A stretch of DNA of 64,000 bases from Octopus vulgaris (GCA_951406725.2 OX597834.1:44020001-44084000), one strand, 5' to 3'. Positions 1 through 12,335 are shown, numbered from the stretch's first letter. Program-made: numbers and translations. Notes: generated by a model not told the origin, from the sequence alone.

Positions 1-241
1 GAAACCTAAAGAAGCCCGTCATATACATGTATATATATGTATGTATGTGTTTGTCCCCCACCATTGCTTGACATACAATGGTGGCATGTCTACGTCCCCA
101 TAATTTAGTGGTTCAGCAAAAAAGAGACCGATAGAATAAGTACTAGGCTTAGAAAGAATAAGTCCTGGGGTTGATTTGCTTGACTAAAGGCGGTGCTCCA
201 GCATGGCCACAGTCAAATGACTGAAACAAGTAAAAGAGTAA
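1..241 (+). mobile_element. SINE family B, 3' part (5' end outside window)
   Basis: Matches the body and tail of the full copy at 28504-28875 (ttgcttgac...cggtgctccagcatggccacagtcaaatgactgaaacaagtaaaagag). Confidence 0.85.
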
Positions 242-479
242 ATAAGATAGACATTAGAAAGACAGATATAGATACACATTCACATAAACAATCTATCACA
301 AACGAGTTAATAAATATGTATGTACATAGATACACACACTTCACAGGTAAATATTGAATTGAACCTAGGTAGGCAAATAGATATACTGCTCCTCAAAATT
401 TAATCACAGTCCATGGGTCAACAGAAGGCTATGGATAAAAAAAAATTTGCTTATAGTGATCAAATGGATGTGCTGTACA

Positions 480-665
480 TTAGATCACTCACTTCATCAA
501 ATTGAAATACTCTGAACATGTGTGCAGTGTACCATGTGTCAGGTGTCAAGGTGATCGCAGAGCAGAGCAATGTGAGATGAACACACCACCCGGTCTAGGA
601 ACTGAAACCATAATCTCACGACCGTCAGCACAACATTCTAACCACTAAGCCAGGCATCCTCACAG
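480..665 (-). mobile_element. Degenerate tRNA-headed SINE related to family A
   Basis: Minus strand reads ggcttagtggttagaatgttg...atggtttcagttcctagaccgggtggtgtgttc, like the family A head. Confidence 0.55.
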
Positions 666-714
666 CTGATAAGAACAATACCATTAACAGATTTCCATAC
701 TGTTATTAATTCCC

Positions 715-860
715 TGGTGTTTAGTCAGTGAGATGGTTGATGTTAGGAAGGACCTTCAGACAGAAAAAACCCTGCCAAAACAGACAGTGAAGCCTGGTGC
801 AATCGTCTGCCTATCCACCCATGCCAGTGTGGAAAACAGACGTTAAATGACGATGACGAA
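715..860 (+). mobile_element. RTE-type LINE/SINE 3' tail fragment (family D)
   Basis: ggttgatgttaggaagg...acccatgccagtgtggaaaacagacgttaaatgacgatgacg; same tail as 3232-3643. Confidence 0.7.
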
Positions 861-1598
861 AGGTGCTTAGGCCAAAATAAAAAAGGGGCTATGGGTAAAA
901 TATTTCCCCCCAAGAAGCCATGCAATGGAACCGAACTCAGACTGCTCTGTTTGCAATGCAAATTTGTTAATTATTCAGCCATGCTGAGTATCTTTTGATA
1001 ATCCTTTTGGCTCATCCACAACAAAAACACCAACCTACACTGGCCCATCACCTCCTCCCATCAAATTCACAGAACGCAACAACTTCAGACAAAACCATTT
1101 CTTCCTCCAGATGTTAACAAATCCACAAATTTCATCTACATCTTGTATACGCATGTGTGTGTGTGTGTGTGTGTGTGTGCATGTATATGTGTATGAATGT
1201 GTGTTTCCTCGTTAGTCAAATGAAGTCTTGTTACACATAAGCCCCTACTTTGCTGTGTGTGTGTGTAGTGTGTAACATTATGTAATTAATTAACTTTTAA
1301 TTATGTTTATTCATTCATTAGCTTCCTTTGCATTCCACTTCCTGTCAGAATTCTTTATGTAAATAAGTCTCTTCACGCTTCTTTCCCTTCCACTACCACT
1401 GGGAACGAGCCACATGGAATCAGGGGCCCCAAACAAGCGTTGAGATGAAGGGACCCATCAGAGACCCATCAAACTCATGCCAGCAATGAAAAAAGGACAG
1501 CTGAGGATTCTTCAAGTCTGCAGGGACTATTTAGAATAAGGAAAAAAGCTTTTACACTCAGTTTCACACACACACACACACACACGAGCTTGTGTGAT

Positions 1599-2172
1599 TT
1601 AACCATTTAGCATTTAAACTGACCCTATCCAACCCAAGGCACATGGCTGAGTGGTTAGAGCATTGAGCTCACAATCATGAGGTAGTGAGTTCGATTCCTG
1701 GACTGGGCTGTGTGTTGTGCTCTTGAGCAAGACACTTTATTTCACGTTGCTCCAGTTCACTCAGTTGTAGAAAGGACTGGCAAGATCACTGGTGCCAAGC
1801 TGTATCGGCCCCTTTGCCTTTTCCTTGGATAACATTGGTGGCACGAAGAGGGGAGGCTGGCATGCATGGGCGACTGTTGGTCTTCCACAAAAACAACGTT
1901 GCTCAGACTTGTGCCTTGAAGAGTAACTTTCTTGGTGCAATCCCATGGTCATTCATGACCAAAGGTGGTCTTAATCCAAGCCAAAACATTTCACCTGTTC
2001 TATGTTCGAACTGGCCAGGTCCAACCTCTTACATCTACCCGAAAATATTGCTTTAAAAATAAACAATCACAACATCATAATCTCGAAGCTATGAGATAAT
2101 ACATGATTAATTCTAAACGATGTGAATAAATAAGCATTTCGTTTGACAGAGTAATTGGAAAACAACAGAGTT
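1599..2172 (-). mobile_element. piggyBac-type MITE (family E) interrupted by a family A SINE
   Basis: Starts ttaaccatttagcatttaaact and resumes after 1974 with the reverse complement of the 8112-8350 body. Confidence 0.7.
1638..1973 (+). mobile_element. SINE family A, full length (tRNA head plus CORE/Meta-like middle)
   Basis: A box tggctgagtgg, B box gagttcgattcc, middle ttgagcaagacactttatttcacgttgctccagttcactcag; TSD atccaacccaa/atccaagccaa (1627-1637, 1974-1984). Confidence 0.88.
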
Positions 2173-3231
2173 GAGCTGTATTCACAAGAACACATCAAAG
2201 TAACCAGAGAGGAGATATATTTGCAGCTAGCAGCCTTATATTTGTATCTAATTAACACAGAGGGGCCGGGGGGGGGGGAGGCAGGGCAGGGGGGAAGGGA
2301 ACAAACGACAGGTTAACTAACTTAGACCATTGTTAAGGTTTATTCAAGACAAGTGGGCCAATTAAACCGCTTACTAATTAGGTTGAGCAAAATGGGTTTT
2401 GCAACTTTATTATATTGATTTTTTTTTCTCTTTCTTTTTCTTTTTTTTTGTACGAGGGGAAAGGAATAAATTTCCACATTGTAAATATAGTTTTGGTATG
2501 TGTGTGGCAGGGTGGCGAAGGGGGAGACTGTAGTTGTGGTGGGGGACGAAGGTGTTGGGGGTGGAATACAGAGATATTGATTAGGCTAAATCTCATAACT
2601 TTTTGTTTATGAGGTTTTAATTGTGTGTATAAGAGTGAGAGAGAAGGGGAAATATGTATATACACTTGCATGCATATATATATATATATGTATGCACTTA
2701 CACAGACACACAAACAATTATAGAACTAGTTTACAGACACAATCTGAGAAATAGTTTAGTTAAGATGTTCTTTGGGTTGGTGCCAAAGTATGAAACCATC
2801 AATGTCCTTCTTAGTGAAGGAACTGTAAGTTTTTAACTAAAACTAAACAGTTATTACCAAGCAGAGCATTTGTTGAGGGCTTTTCCAGGGCACCTTGTTC
2901 TATAGTCAGCTGGTAAGTAGGGAGGAAAAAAAAGGTTTAGGGAGAGACAATAGAGCTAACTCACTTCAGGTACAGGGGTGTTGTTAGCAAAGTGAGCGCA
3001 ATGACCTCAAGGAGAAATATAGTCTGTATCAAACTGAGAACCTAATTTAGAAAGTAACTGACACAAAGACAAATGTTTAATAGGAGAACGACATGGATAG
3101 GGGAAATGAAAGCAAGAAATAACCATCACCGAACGAGGGTCTTTTAGAAGGTATGAATGTTTACTAAAGAAAGGAACCATCTCTTATAATGAGACACACA
3201 CATGCATCCACTCACACCTGTCTCTCTCTCT

Positions 3232-3643
3232 CACTAGGGTGACCTGCTGTGCTTGAGGAGACCTATTGAGTCAAGTATATCAACATCAAAATAAAAATCA
3301 AATGGAAATTGTAGTTGTGATACCCGTACCGGTGGTATGTAAAAAGCACCATCTGAATGTGGCCGATGCCAGCGCTACATTGACTGGCTTCTGTGCCGGT
3401 GGCATGTAAAAGGCACCAACCAATCGTGGCCATTGCCAGCCTCCTCTGGCCCCTGTGCTGGTGGCACGTAAAAAGCACCCACTACACTCACGTAGTGGTT
3501 GGTGTTAGGAATGGCATCCAGCTGTAGATACACTACCAGATCAGACTGGATTTTGGTGCAGCCTCCTGGCTTCCCAGACCCTGGTTGAACCATCCAACCC
3601 ATGCTAGCATCAAAAACGGACATTAAACGATGATAATGATGAT
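3232..3643 (+). mobile_element. RTE-clade LINE 3' end / derived element (family D)
   Basis: Starts at an ORF-end remnant (gctgtgcttgaggagacc), has repeated ggtggcacgtaaaaagcacc modules, ggtgttaggaatggcatccagctgtaga and a (GAT)n tail. Confidence 0.75.
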
Positions 3644-4389
3644 ATGTAGCTTTCATATTTGCATGGGTTACACAGAGTTTGTGAACGGAGATTTCATCTG
3701 ATGTCCTTCCTGGGGTCAACTTTTATTTGTTTCTAGGAGAGGTCAATATTTCACCATGACCCAATCCTTGCTTTTATGAACGACTGGAAACAAACGATAC
3801 CACTTGTATGAAGGTGACACTCGTTTACAACTATCATGAGATGTCAAGATGAGGCCCAAGCACACACATACACACGTGTATGTATGTATATGTGTGTGTG
3901 TATGTGTGTATATATATATATATGTGTGTGTGTGTGTGCATGTATGACCCTTTTAGTTTCTGCCTAGCAAATCCAATCACAAGACTTCAGTCAGCCTAAG
4001 TCCATAGTAGAATATAACTGCCCAGAGTGCCAGGCAGTAGAACTGAGCCCATAACAATATGGATAATAATATGTATAAGCTGGTTTTATATGTATAAAAC
4101 CCGTACAGTTATTGAATAAAAGGATTCAAATGTAAAGCCTGATATTTTTAATAATTTCATTGATGACAACCATTGAACCTTCGAAGTCCCAGTCGACAAA
4201 ATTATTAAATATATAAACATATTAAAAAGATTACTTATAGAAGTAAACGTATATGTATACACAAACTTACTGTAATGCTGTCGATACAAAATGTAGGAGG
4301 TGAGGGCCATGGAAAAAAGATAGAGACAGAAGCAGATTTGACAGAACAAAGTTAAAAAGTAAAAAAAATAAATTTTTTTTAAGAAAAAA

Positions 4390-4785
4390 TCTCTCTCTAT
4401 ATAAAGCTGAAGTTGTCTGTGTATGGCAGGTTTGGTACCCTTCAACTAACACTATCTCCTCCGAGACCCTGCAGCGCAAATTGACCAAAATTTAGAGTAT
4501 GATAGAAGAAGGCTTGCTCTTCCTTCCGTAGAAGAAAAAATTAAAATCGGACCATGTTAACACCAAAAATTATTTACATCAAAAAGGTGCTTTTTTTCCT
4601 ATGAAAATCCCTATTTTTTAACGATTTTTTTACTGCTGTGTCGCCATTTTTCGGTGTATTTCAACCAGAAAAATATTCACTTAAAGAGAATAACAAGATA
4701 CATAATGCAAAATTTTTACTTTTCAAAAATTCCAATTCTAAAGGGTCGAAACAAACCCGAGCAACGCCCGGGGTGATACTGCTAG
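4390..4785 (+). mobile_element. Complete non-autonomous Helitron (396 bp)
   Basis: Inserted between A and T; 5' TC, 3' CTAG, subterminal GC hairpin cccgagcaacgcccggg, no TSD; second copy at 40117-40508. Confidence 0.9.
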
Positions 4786-4959
4786 TTTCAAATAATTGCA
4801 AAAGTAATCCAAAAAAAACAGTGGAAAGAAAAAGAGAGAAAGAAAGAATGAGAGAATAAAGGAAGAAAAGAAAAGACATAAGGTGTTTGTGGAGGAGAGA
4901 AGGAGGACAAAGAAAGAGAGAGAGAACAGTTTTAAACATTGTCCAGACTTTAACTAAAA

Positions 4960-4967
4960 TACTACTA

Positions 4968-4999
<32 letters not shown>

Positions 5000-5520
5000 A
5001 GAAGCAGCAGTAAACTACACAGATGGTATAAATGAAATCATTTGATTAAACAGATTAGAAAAATAAGTAAATAAATCTGAACACACTTTTAAGAAAGCTG
5101 GTCAGGAAATTAAATAATGCCTGTGCTGGCGGTGGTGGTGGTGGTGGTAGTGGTGGCAGTGGTGTCAGGGATCCTTTTAGTTGTGGTGGAGGTGGTGGCG
5201 GTAGTATAGGTGGTGGAAATAAGGTGTTAGTGGTGGTGGTGGCAGTGGTGTCAGGGATTGTGTTAGTTGTGGTGGTGGTGGTAATAGTGGTAGTAAGGTG
5301 ATTGTAGTGGTGGTAGCGTGGTGATGGTGGTTGCAGTAGTAGTAGTAGTAGTAGTGTAGTAGTAGTAGTAGTGGTGGTGGTGGAAATAGGGTGTTAGTGG
5401 TGGTGGTAGTAGGGTGATGCTGGTGGTTGCAGTAGTTGTAGCAGTGGTGGTAGTAGTGGTGGTGGTGGTGGTGGTAGTAGTAGTAGTGATCAAGGTAAAG
5501 TAAGTGGTGGTAAAAAAACA
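4960..5520. repeat. Compound (CTA)/(CTG) and (GTG)/(GTA) trinucleotide region with higher-order repeated blocks
   Basis: Direct reading; the blocks ggcagtggtgtcagggat and ggtggtggaaata-ggtgttagtgg each occur twice. Confidence 0.85.
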
Positions 5521-5915
5521 AGGTAAGTCAAGGAGAAAGGAAAGGGGAAGAAGAAAAGCAAACCAGAATCGATGGGGGTAAAAAGGGGGTAGCAGAAGGG
5601 GAACAGCAGCAGTATGAGTCAAAGGGTGGGTGGTAGTGGAAGTAGATATTCTAAGTAGAGCCAGTGGTAGTAGGAGGAGGACAGGTAACAACAATAACAG
5701 GTAACAACAATAACAGGTATAGATTCAATAAAAAGAAGAGAAATGTATCAAAATACTCTGTTGAATGGCTTTAGAATATAAATACACTGTCTTTAGATTA
5801 AGTTGGGTACCCTTTTTTTTCTTATTGTCCTCCACATGGAAATACCTTAGCTATATGCCTAAACATACCTGTAATTACTCACACACCTCATTGTTTAATG
5901 ATCCAGAGTTAGGCT

Positions 5916-6143
5916 AAAACCCCTTCAGCATTCAGATTACTCCGTCAGATGTAATGTTCCTTTATGCCACATTGTTTTGAAGTAACCAGGAATTGTCTTT
6001 TATCTTCAAGACGTCAATGATGTGACAGTTTATTTATAGAATGACATTGTAGGGTAGGTGTAAGAGGCTGGATCTGATTGGTTAGAACATAAAACTGGTA
6101 GAATATCCGGGTCAGTTATAACTGGTTTAAATGCTAACAGATC
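5916..6143 (+). mobile_element. piggyBac-type MITE (family E), degenerate
   Basis: aaaccccttcagcattcagattactcc...ggtttaaatgctaacag; colinear with 8112-8350. Confidence 0.7.
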
Positions 6144-6306
6144 AATTGATCATAGGAAGAATGGAAAGGCAAAAATGCCTTGGATAGAATTTTACACTCA
6201 TACAACACACATATGGAGGGAACTTCTACAAGGTCACTCAGCTGCTAGAAATAACAGCCAAGTATCTCAGTAACCACACAAAAATCTTCATAGAAGAAAG
6301 GATATA

Positions 6307-6495
6307 TTAATCCTTTAGCATTTAAACCAGCCATATCAGGCAACCTAACTATTCTTTTTCTTTAAGTTCACACTGGCCACATCTGGCCCATCATACCTAG
6401 ACTACAATGTCATTCTAAAATTAAACCACCCCATCAAAATCTCAAAGCTATGAGATGAATTCAAAACACAGAGAGTACATCAGATTGAAAGAGTA
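6307..6495 (-). mobile_element. piggyBac-type MITE (family E), partial
   Basis: ttaatcctttagcatttaaaccagccatatc; reverse complement of the family E right end. Confidence 0.65.
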
Positions 6496-6740
6496 CTTTT
6501 CACACAGGATGGTCATGAATGGAATGGCTTTCGATTATAGATTTTTTTTGTTCGTAGAGGGCTGGTCTGGGGTCGAACAACAACATAGGAATCTAAGTTA
6601 GGGTCTTTCTCTGTGTTTAAAAACAACAAAATAAGCAGCTAAGACTAGTCTTTCACTAAGAGGAAGATTATAAACATGACTAAGTCAATGATGAAACTAA
6701 CAAAACAAGCAACTTACACCAAATTACATACACACCGAAC

Positions 6741-6784
<44 letters not shown>

Positions 6785-6990
6785 GAGAGAGAAAGATTGT
6801 GTGTGTGTGTGTTATGGAGTAAGGAAATTGGTAGTTTTTATTGTTGGGTGTAGAAGAAAATGGAGATAGCAAGATATTGTATTTCATATAAAGAAGCATG
6901 GCTTGGAAGAGATAAAATTGTTGATAATGAACAGTGGGGGAGGCCATGTATGAAGGAGAGAGAGAGAGAGAGAGACAATGTATGTATATC

Positions 6991-7028
<38 letters not shown>

Positions 7029-7344
7029 TCTTGCAAAGACAGAGAGAGAGATAGTTGTATGTATAAAAGTACATGCACATACAAAGTGAGTGAGGCTGCT
7101 TTGCTCTCTTACATACACATATAGACAAGGAGAGACACATGCACACAGACTGAGAGAGAGAGGGAGGGTAGAGAGAGAGAGAGAGCCTCATCCAAACAGA
7201 AGGGTGGCAATGAAAAGTAAGAAGTGGGTAAAAGGAACCAAGAGACATTCAGGACGTGGAAATCTCCCCTAATAGGTAATTTGAGAAGGATCAGCTCATC
7301 TGGATGTGGTGGAGTGGAGGGGGAGCTGGATGGGTGGAAGAGTG

Positions 7345-7375
<31 letters not shown>

Positions 7376-8111
7376 TGTTCATATTTATTATAAGTTCATA
7401 GGAACCAAAGGGTGGCGGTGGTGGTGGTGAGGGGGAGTAGAGGAAGTGGTGGTAGTGGGGAGAGTATAGTTTGTTAAAGTGATTCATCTGAGAGAAAGGG
7501 GGGAGGGTGTCTGTGAGCAGAGACAGTGAAAAGAAAGGGAAGAATTAAATGAGAAGGTATGGCGGGGAGGGGAGGATTAGAGAGCTTGATTAAAAAGGTT
7601 GTTCATAAACAAACACAGGTAACAGAAGTATTGTCACTTTTTAATATCTAACATCCCCAAAACACAACCACTTCCAGATCTGAAAACGCCACCAGGTCTA
7701 CCTCCAACCCCACTCCCACCCCACCCCACCACAAGCACCAGACACGGCAAAGACTACTATAGCATAACATTGAAAGAAGGAGAAATTAAACAGAACTCTC
7801 TCAGGGTTATTAATTAACTCCCAGCACTGTACAGCAAACATGAATAAGTTAATTATTGAAAGAGAGGACATGTGTATACACAACGAACCATTGCGACCCA
7901 TCAGTGCCACTGGGCCGTAAACATCAGAACCAGAAGGTAGACATTACTGGTCCAAAATGCTCTGTAGCTGCACCAAATCTAAAAAAAAAACCAAAAAAAA
8001 AAACCCCACAACATATAGGTACACTGCGACTTAATTTCTTTTCCTCAACAGGCCCTGCCCTGTTTAACCATTGTCCCAAAACTGATTAAAGAGGAAAAGG
8101 ATCCCATTACC

Positions 8112-8350
8112 TTAAACCCTTGGTGTTCAGATTACTCTGTCAAATATAATGCTTTTTCATTCACATTGTTTTGAATTAATCCTGGATTATCTTGTATTAT
8201 CTTGTAGTTCTGAGAATTTGATGAAGTGATGGTTTATTTTGAGGATGACATTGTAGGATATGAGTGAGAGGCCAGATCCGGATGGTTTGAACATGAAAGA
8301 GAGTAGAAAATTTGGGCCGGATATGGCCAGTTTAAATGCTAAAGGGTTAA
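8112..8350 (+). mobile_element. piggyBac-type MITE (family E)
   Basis: Termini ttaaacccttggtgttc and aaatgctaaagggttaa (TTAA + CCC...GGG + TTAA pattern); at least 6 related copies in the window. Confidence 0.75.
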
Positions 8351-8917
8351 ACGGAATCTGGACAGATTTCTTCAAGGAATACCAGATAAGCCACCCATAC
8401 CTGGATACAACTCACTCAACAGGAACTCACAACTTGAATGGACCATAAACAAAACTTAAACAGGATTTAGATAATCCTATCAGGTGGTGCTATTAAGTTT
8501 GACATGGCCTGGACCAATCTTTGGTCGAAACATATCTAAGTTTTGTTTCAGGGTGATTTTCATAGCCATATAAACAATCGCCAGTCCCGCATCACACAGA
8601 GGAAATAACCCCTTATAACAACATACTGTGTACTACATACAAATTGCTATAGGGCAGTGGTTTTCAACCGGGGTCCATATGGCCTTTGGTGGGTTCATAT
8701 AAGATTTATTTGTTAAAATCCATTTGGCCTTTAAGGGTTCATATAAGATTTTGTTGATAAATTTATCTGTATTAAATTGGTTTTATTTTTACAATACACA
8801 AAATATTCGAACATTTTTAAAAATACAATTCCAAATATTGTTCTATAATGTAAAAATGAGAACTTCCATACTTTATTTACATTGGATGGATATGTGTCCT
8901 CATCTTGTTTGTTGTTA

Positions 8918-8961
8918 TTACAATGTTTCGGCCGATTTACTCTCCAGCCGTCATCAGATGT
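8918..8961 (-). ncRNA. Minimal hammerhead ribozyme motif (degenerate)
   Basis: acat-CTGATGA-cggctgg/agagtaaa/tcggcc-GAAA-catt-gt on the minus strand. Confidence 0.6.
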
Positions 8962-9120
8962 CCTGGTGGAATTTTGCTCACAGGCATATAGCATAGTTGT
9001 TAAGAGCGCGGGCTACTAACCTCAAGATTCCGAGTTCAGTTTCAGGCAGTGCCTTGAATAAATATCAGCAAAAGTACCTTCGGAACGAGAACCCAGGGTC
9101 GGGTTCAAAATTCCATCAGG

Positions 9121-9164
9121 ACACCTGATGAAGGCTGGAGAGTAAACCAGCCGAAATGTTGTGG
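9121..9164 (+). ncRNA. Minimal hammerhead ribozyme motif (degenerate)
   Basis: acac-CTGATGA-a-ggctgg/agagtaaa/ccagcc-GAAA-tgtt-gtg: both core boxes, a 6-bp helix II and helix I cac/gtg. Confidence 0.68.
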
Positions 9165-11321
9165 TAACAACAAATGAGATGAGGACACATATCCGTCATC
9201 CAATGTAAATAATTCCAAATAATATTTAATTATAAAAGTATGATTTTTTAAAACTTCGAATGACTATAAGGGTCCATCATCCTTATCATCATCATTCAAT
9301 GACCTTTTTCCATGCTGGCATGGGTTAAACTGAAAGAAGCCTGTCATATATGTATGTATGTGTGTGAGAGAGAGAGACAGACTTTGCCTGTGTTTGTCCC
9401 CAGCACAACTTGACATCTGGTGCCAGTGTGTTTACTTCCCTGTAACTTAGCGGTGCAGCAAAAGAGACCAATAGAATAGAATAAATACCAGGCTTAAAGA
9501 TTAAAAAAAAAATTAAATAAAAAGTACTGGGATCAATTCATTTGATGAAAAATTCCACAAGGCATTGCTCCAGCATTGCCACAGTCCAAAGACTGGCACA
9601 ACACACACACACACGTGTATGGATGCACCTTACATTTTGATTAGAATGGGTAGCCATAGCCAGAAAAGGGGGAATGGATGAGGTTAAAGGGAAGGAATGG
9701 CTATGAGTGTGAGTAGAAGTGGAGTGAGAGTAGGAGTAAGAAAGAGAGAGAGAGAGAGAGAGAGAACGAGTGATGGGTGACAATGAGTGAAAGAAAGAGA
9801 GTAAGAGAGGAGAGACAGAGAAAGAGAAAGAGAGAAGCTTAAGGAAATTAAGGGAGAGAAATAAAGAAAAGAGAAAAAAAGATACAGAAAAAGGAGAGAG
9901 AGAGAGTGAGGGGGAGAGAGAAAGAGAGGTAGAGGCTGTTATTAAGACCCAGCCCTCCCCCCTCAAATGGTGCACCAAAAGACCTATGTCTGAACTCTTA
10001 CTTCTAACCTATTATTTTTAAGTTAATTGGCTAGTTTTTCCCTTTTGTTTTCTTTATTCTTTATGCCTGTGTATATGTATGTAAATGTGTGTGTGTTTAA
10101 CTACGAGTGTGTGTGTGTATTATTACATTGTATGCACGTATGTGTGTGTGTGTGTCAGTGTTTCTAGAGACAGCAACTCATTAAAAGATAACTTGGGGAT
10201 AGAAGGAATCTTCTCTCTCTCCCTCTCTCTCCTTCTCTCTCTCACAGAGTGAAATAGATTTCAAATCTAGAATAGTTAATGAGCTGTTTCGCTGCCTCCG
10301 CCAGCGCCTCACCTCACCCCACCCCCCCAACCAACATCCACCCCCCCACACACACTGCTGTCACTACCTTTTTCTGCCTCTTTCTCTCTTTCTTTCTTTC
10401 TTTCCAGCAGTCTTTGACCAATCTTCTGAGGAACAACATTACAGAGAGAGAGAGAGAGAGAGAGAAAGAGGGAGAGGCGACGAAGGAAGAAGCATGGGGC
10501 ACAGAGAGAGAGAGAGAGAGAATTATAACTAGTTATCTGTTCCTTCTCTCCTTCCTTCCTTCCTTCCTTCCTTTCTAACTAGTTATAGCTAGATAGCTAT
10601 GTCATTATATCATACACTTTTTAATTAACTACATAGCCAAATCCAACAAAAGCAGAGTGAAAATGTTTTCCACTAATTACATATAGCTCTACCGAACAAC
10701 CCACCCAGGCCACAAACACACACTGTGTACGTACTTGTGTAGATGCATGTGTGTTTGTGTGTATATATATATATATATTTATACATACGCAAATATACAC
10801 ACATACACATCCATAAACGAATACAGAAAACTACACCAAACTATGCACACAAATGATAAAAAAAAAGAAAAGGAGAATGCTTATTTGCACACTATTAAAG
10901 TTGGTTTTCATAATGCACACAGCAGTCCTGTCTTTCCCATACTCCACAGTAAACAACCTTAGACTCTCCATAATGCACATACAGTTCTGTGTTTACCCCC
11001 ACCCCCCATCACTATCATCATCATCACCATTCTAAGAAACAGTGTTCAAATCTCAGCAGGTCTAAGCTTCACTACTTTCCTATCCCACCCCCCCTATCTG
11101 CACACACACACATACACACACACACACACCCATGGTAAATTAATGTTAGATGCTACTTGTTGATAAATTAATAGGTTTTCGTTTTTTTGTCTTTTTGTGT
11201 GTGTGTGTTTTGTTTTATTTTAATTGATATGGTTATTATAAAATACAAACATAGACAGGCTCCATCTTCCGTCTTGAGCCGAGCTCCTACGAACCAAACC
11301 GAACTGAAAGAACGCACAACT

Positions 11322-11376
11322 ATGGAATCACTGCTTACCAGGACCTTTTTACTTTTTTTCTTGTTTTGCAGATTTG
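11322..11376 (+). CDS. Candidate first coding exon encoding a signal-peptide-like N-terminus (MESLLTRTFLLFFLFCRF + phase 1)
   Basis: ATG in actATGG context within unique, higher-complexity sequence; hydrophobic core FLLFFLF; strong donor TG|gtaagt at 11377. Confidence 0.45.
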
Positions 11377-11577
11377 GTAAGTGTTGTTCAGTTGGCAGAA
11401 AACAAAACAAAACAAAAACAACAACAACAAAAAATGCGCTTCCTCAGTACAACTTAGAGTCAAAAAGTCTGTGGACATGATGAAGATCACCATCACTATC
11501 ATCATCATCATTTAATGCCTGTTTTCCAAGCTGATGTGAATTGGACAAGGTTAAAATATATAACAGAGAAACAATTC

Positions 11578-11787
11578 TTAACCCTTTCGTTACCAACCCG
11601 GCTGAAACCACCCGTCACTCTAAGTACCAATGTCTTGTTTCCATAAGTTTTGAATTAAAATCTTCCACCAAACCTTAGTCACAATTTATGTTCCTAACAC
11701 TAGCTGAATGATAACTAAGTTACTGTACTAAAATAATTGAAAGAATCCCAGAGCATCTGAACAGAAATATGGTAATGAAAGGGTTAA
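11578..11787. mobile_element. piggyBac-type MITE, second family
   Basis: TTAA-ccctttcgttacca ... tggtaatgaaaggg-TTAA: 14-bp TIR with 1 mismatch and TTAA on both sides. Confidence 0.8.
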
Positions 11788-11941
11788 AGGACACAAATAT
11801 AACATAGGCATAGATCTTTGTATAAAAGGGGAGATGGCCATGGTTAATCAAAGTGTTTGCTTGAGGCTAAAAGCCAACAAAGGCAGAAACATACACACAC
11901 ATCAGATGAATGGTTAAATAAATAAATAAATATATGACCAT

Positions 11942-12335
11942 AGGCACAGGTGTGGCTCTCTGATAAGAAATTATTTCCCAACCACATGGTTCGGGGTTCA
12001 GTCCCACCGTGTAGCACCTCAGGCAAGTGTCTTATACTATAGCACTCGGCCAACAAAAGCCTCGTGAGTGAATTTGGTCAATGAAAAACTGAAAAAAGCC
12101 TGTCTTGAGTGTGTGTGTGTGTGTGCATGCACGTGTCTTTGTTTGTCCACCACCATAGCTTGACAACCAGTGTTGGTTTGTTTACATCCCTGTAACATAG
12201 CGGTTCGGCAGAAGAGATTAATAGAATAAGCACAAGGCTTAAAAAAAAAAAAAAAGCAAGTACTAGGGTTGATTCCTTTACCTAAAAATTCAAGTTGGTA
12301 CTCCAGCATGGCCATAGTCTAGTGACTGAAACACA
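11942..12335 (+). mobile_element. SINE family B, near full length
   Basis: tRNA-like head (ggttcagtcccac), ggcaagtgtctt middle, internal (TG)n, family B tail. Confidence 0.85.

Larger units (their letters stand above)
8838..9210. mobile_element. Foldback tRNA-head + hammerhead retroelement, copy 1 (candidate Penelope-dependent SINE)
   Basis: Inverted arms ~8873-8976 and ~9106-9210; tRNA-like segment ~8983-9055; TSD aattccaaata (8827-8837, 9211-9221); homologous to 57553-57999. Confidence 0.8.
8655..9280 (+). mobile_element. hAT (Charlie-like) MITE remnant hosting the foldback element
   Basis: Starts cagtggttttcaaccggggtcc; related pieces at 13185-13450 (-) and 40976-41020. Confidence 0.6.

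Noticed and set aside
2889-2912. 24-nt microexon GGCACC...CAGCTG|gtaagt
   Set aside because: Short pyrimidine tract and no independent support; could be a UTR exon but cannot be distinguished from chance.
5177-5694. His/Thr/Pro-rich ORFs (114 and 143 aa)
   Set aside because: Translations of degenerate GTG/GTA trinucleotide repeats; no splice or domain support.
8983-9055. Functional tRNA gene (also the other tRNA-like heads)
   Set aside because: Anticodon and acceptor stems do not pair fully, and the heads continue into repeat bodies, so they are SINE heads.
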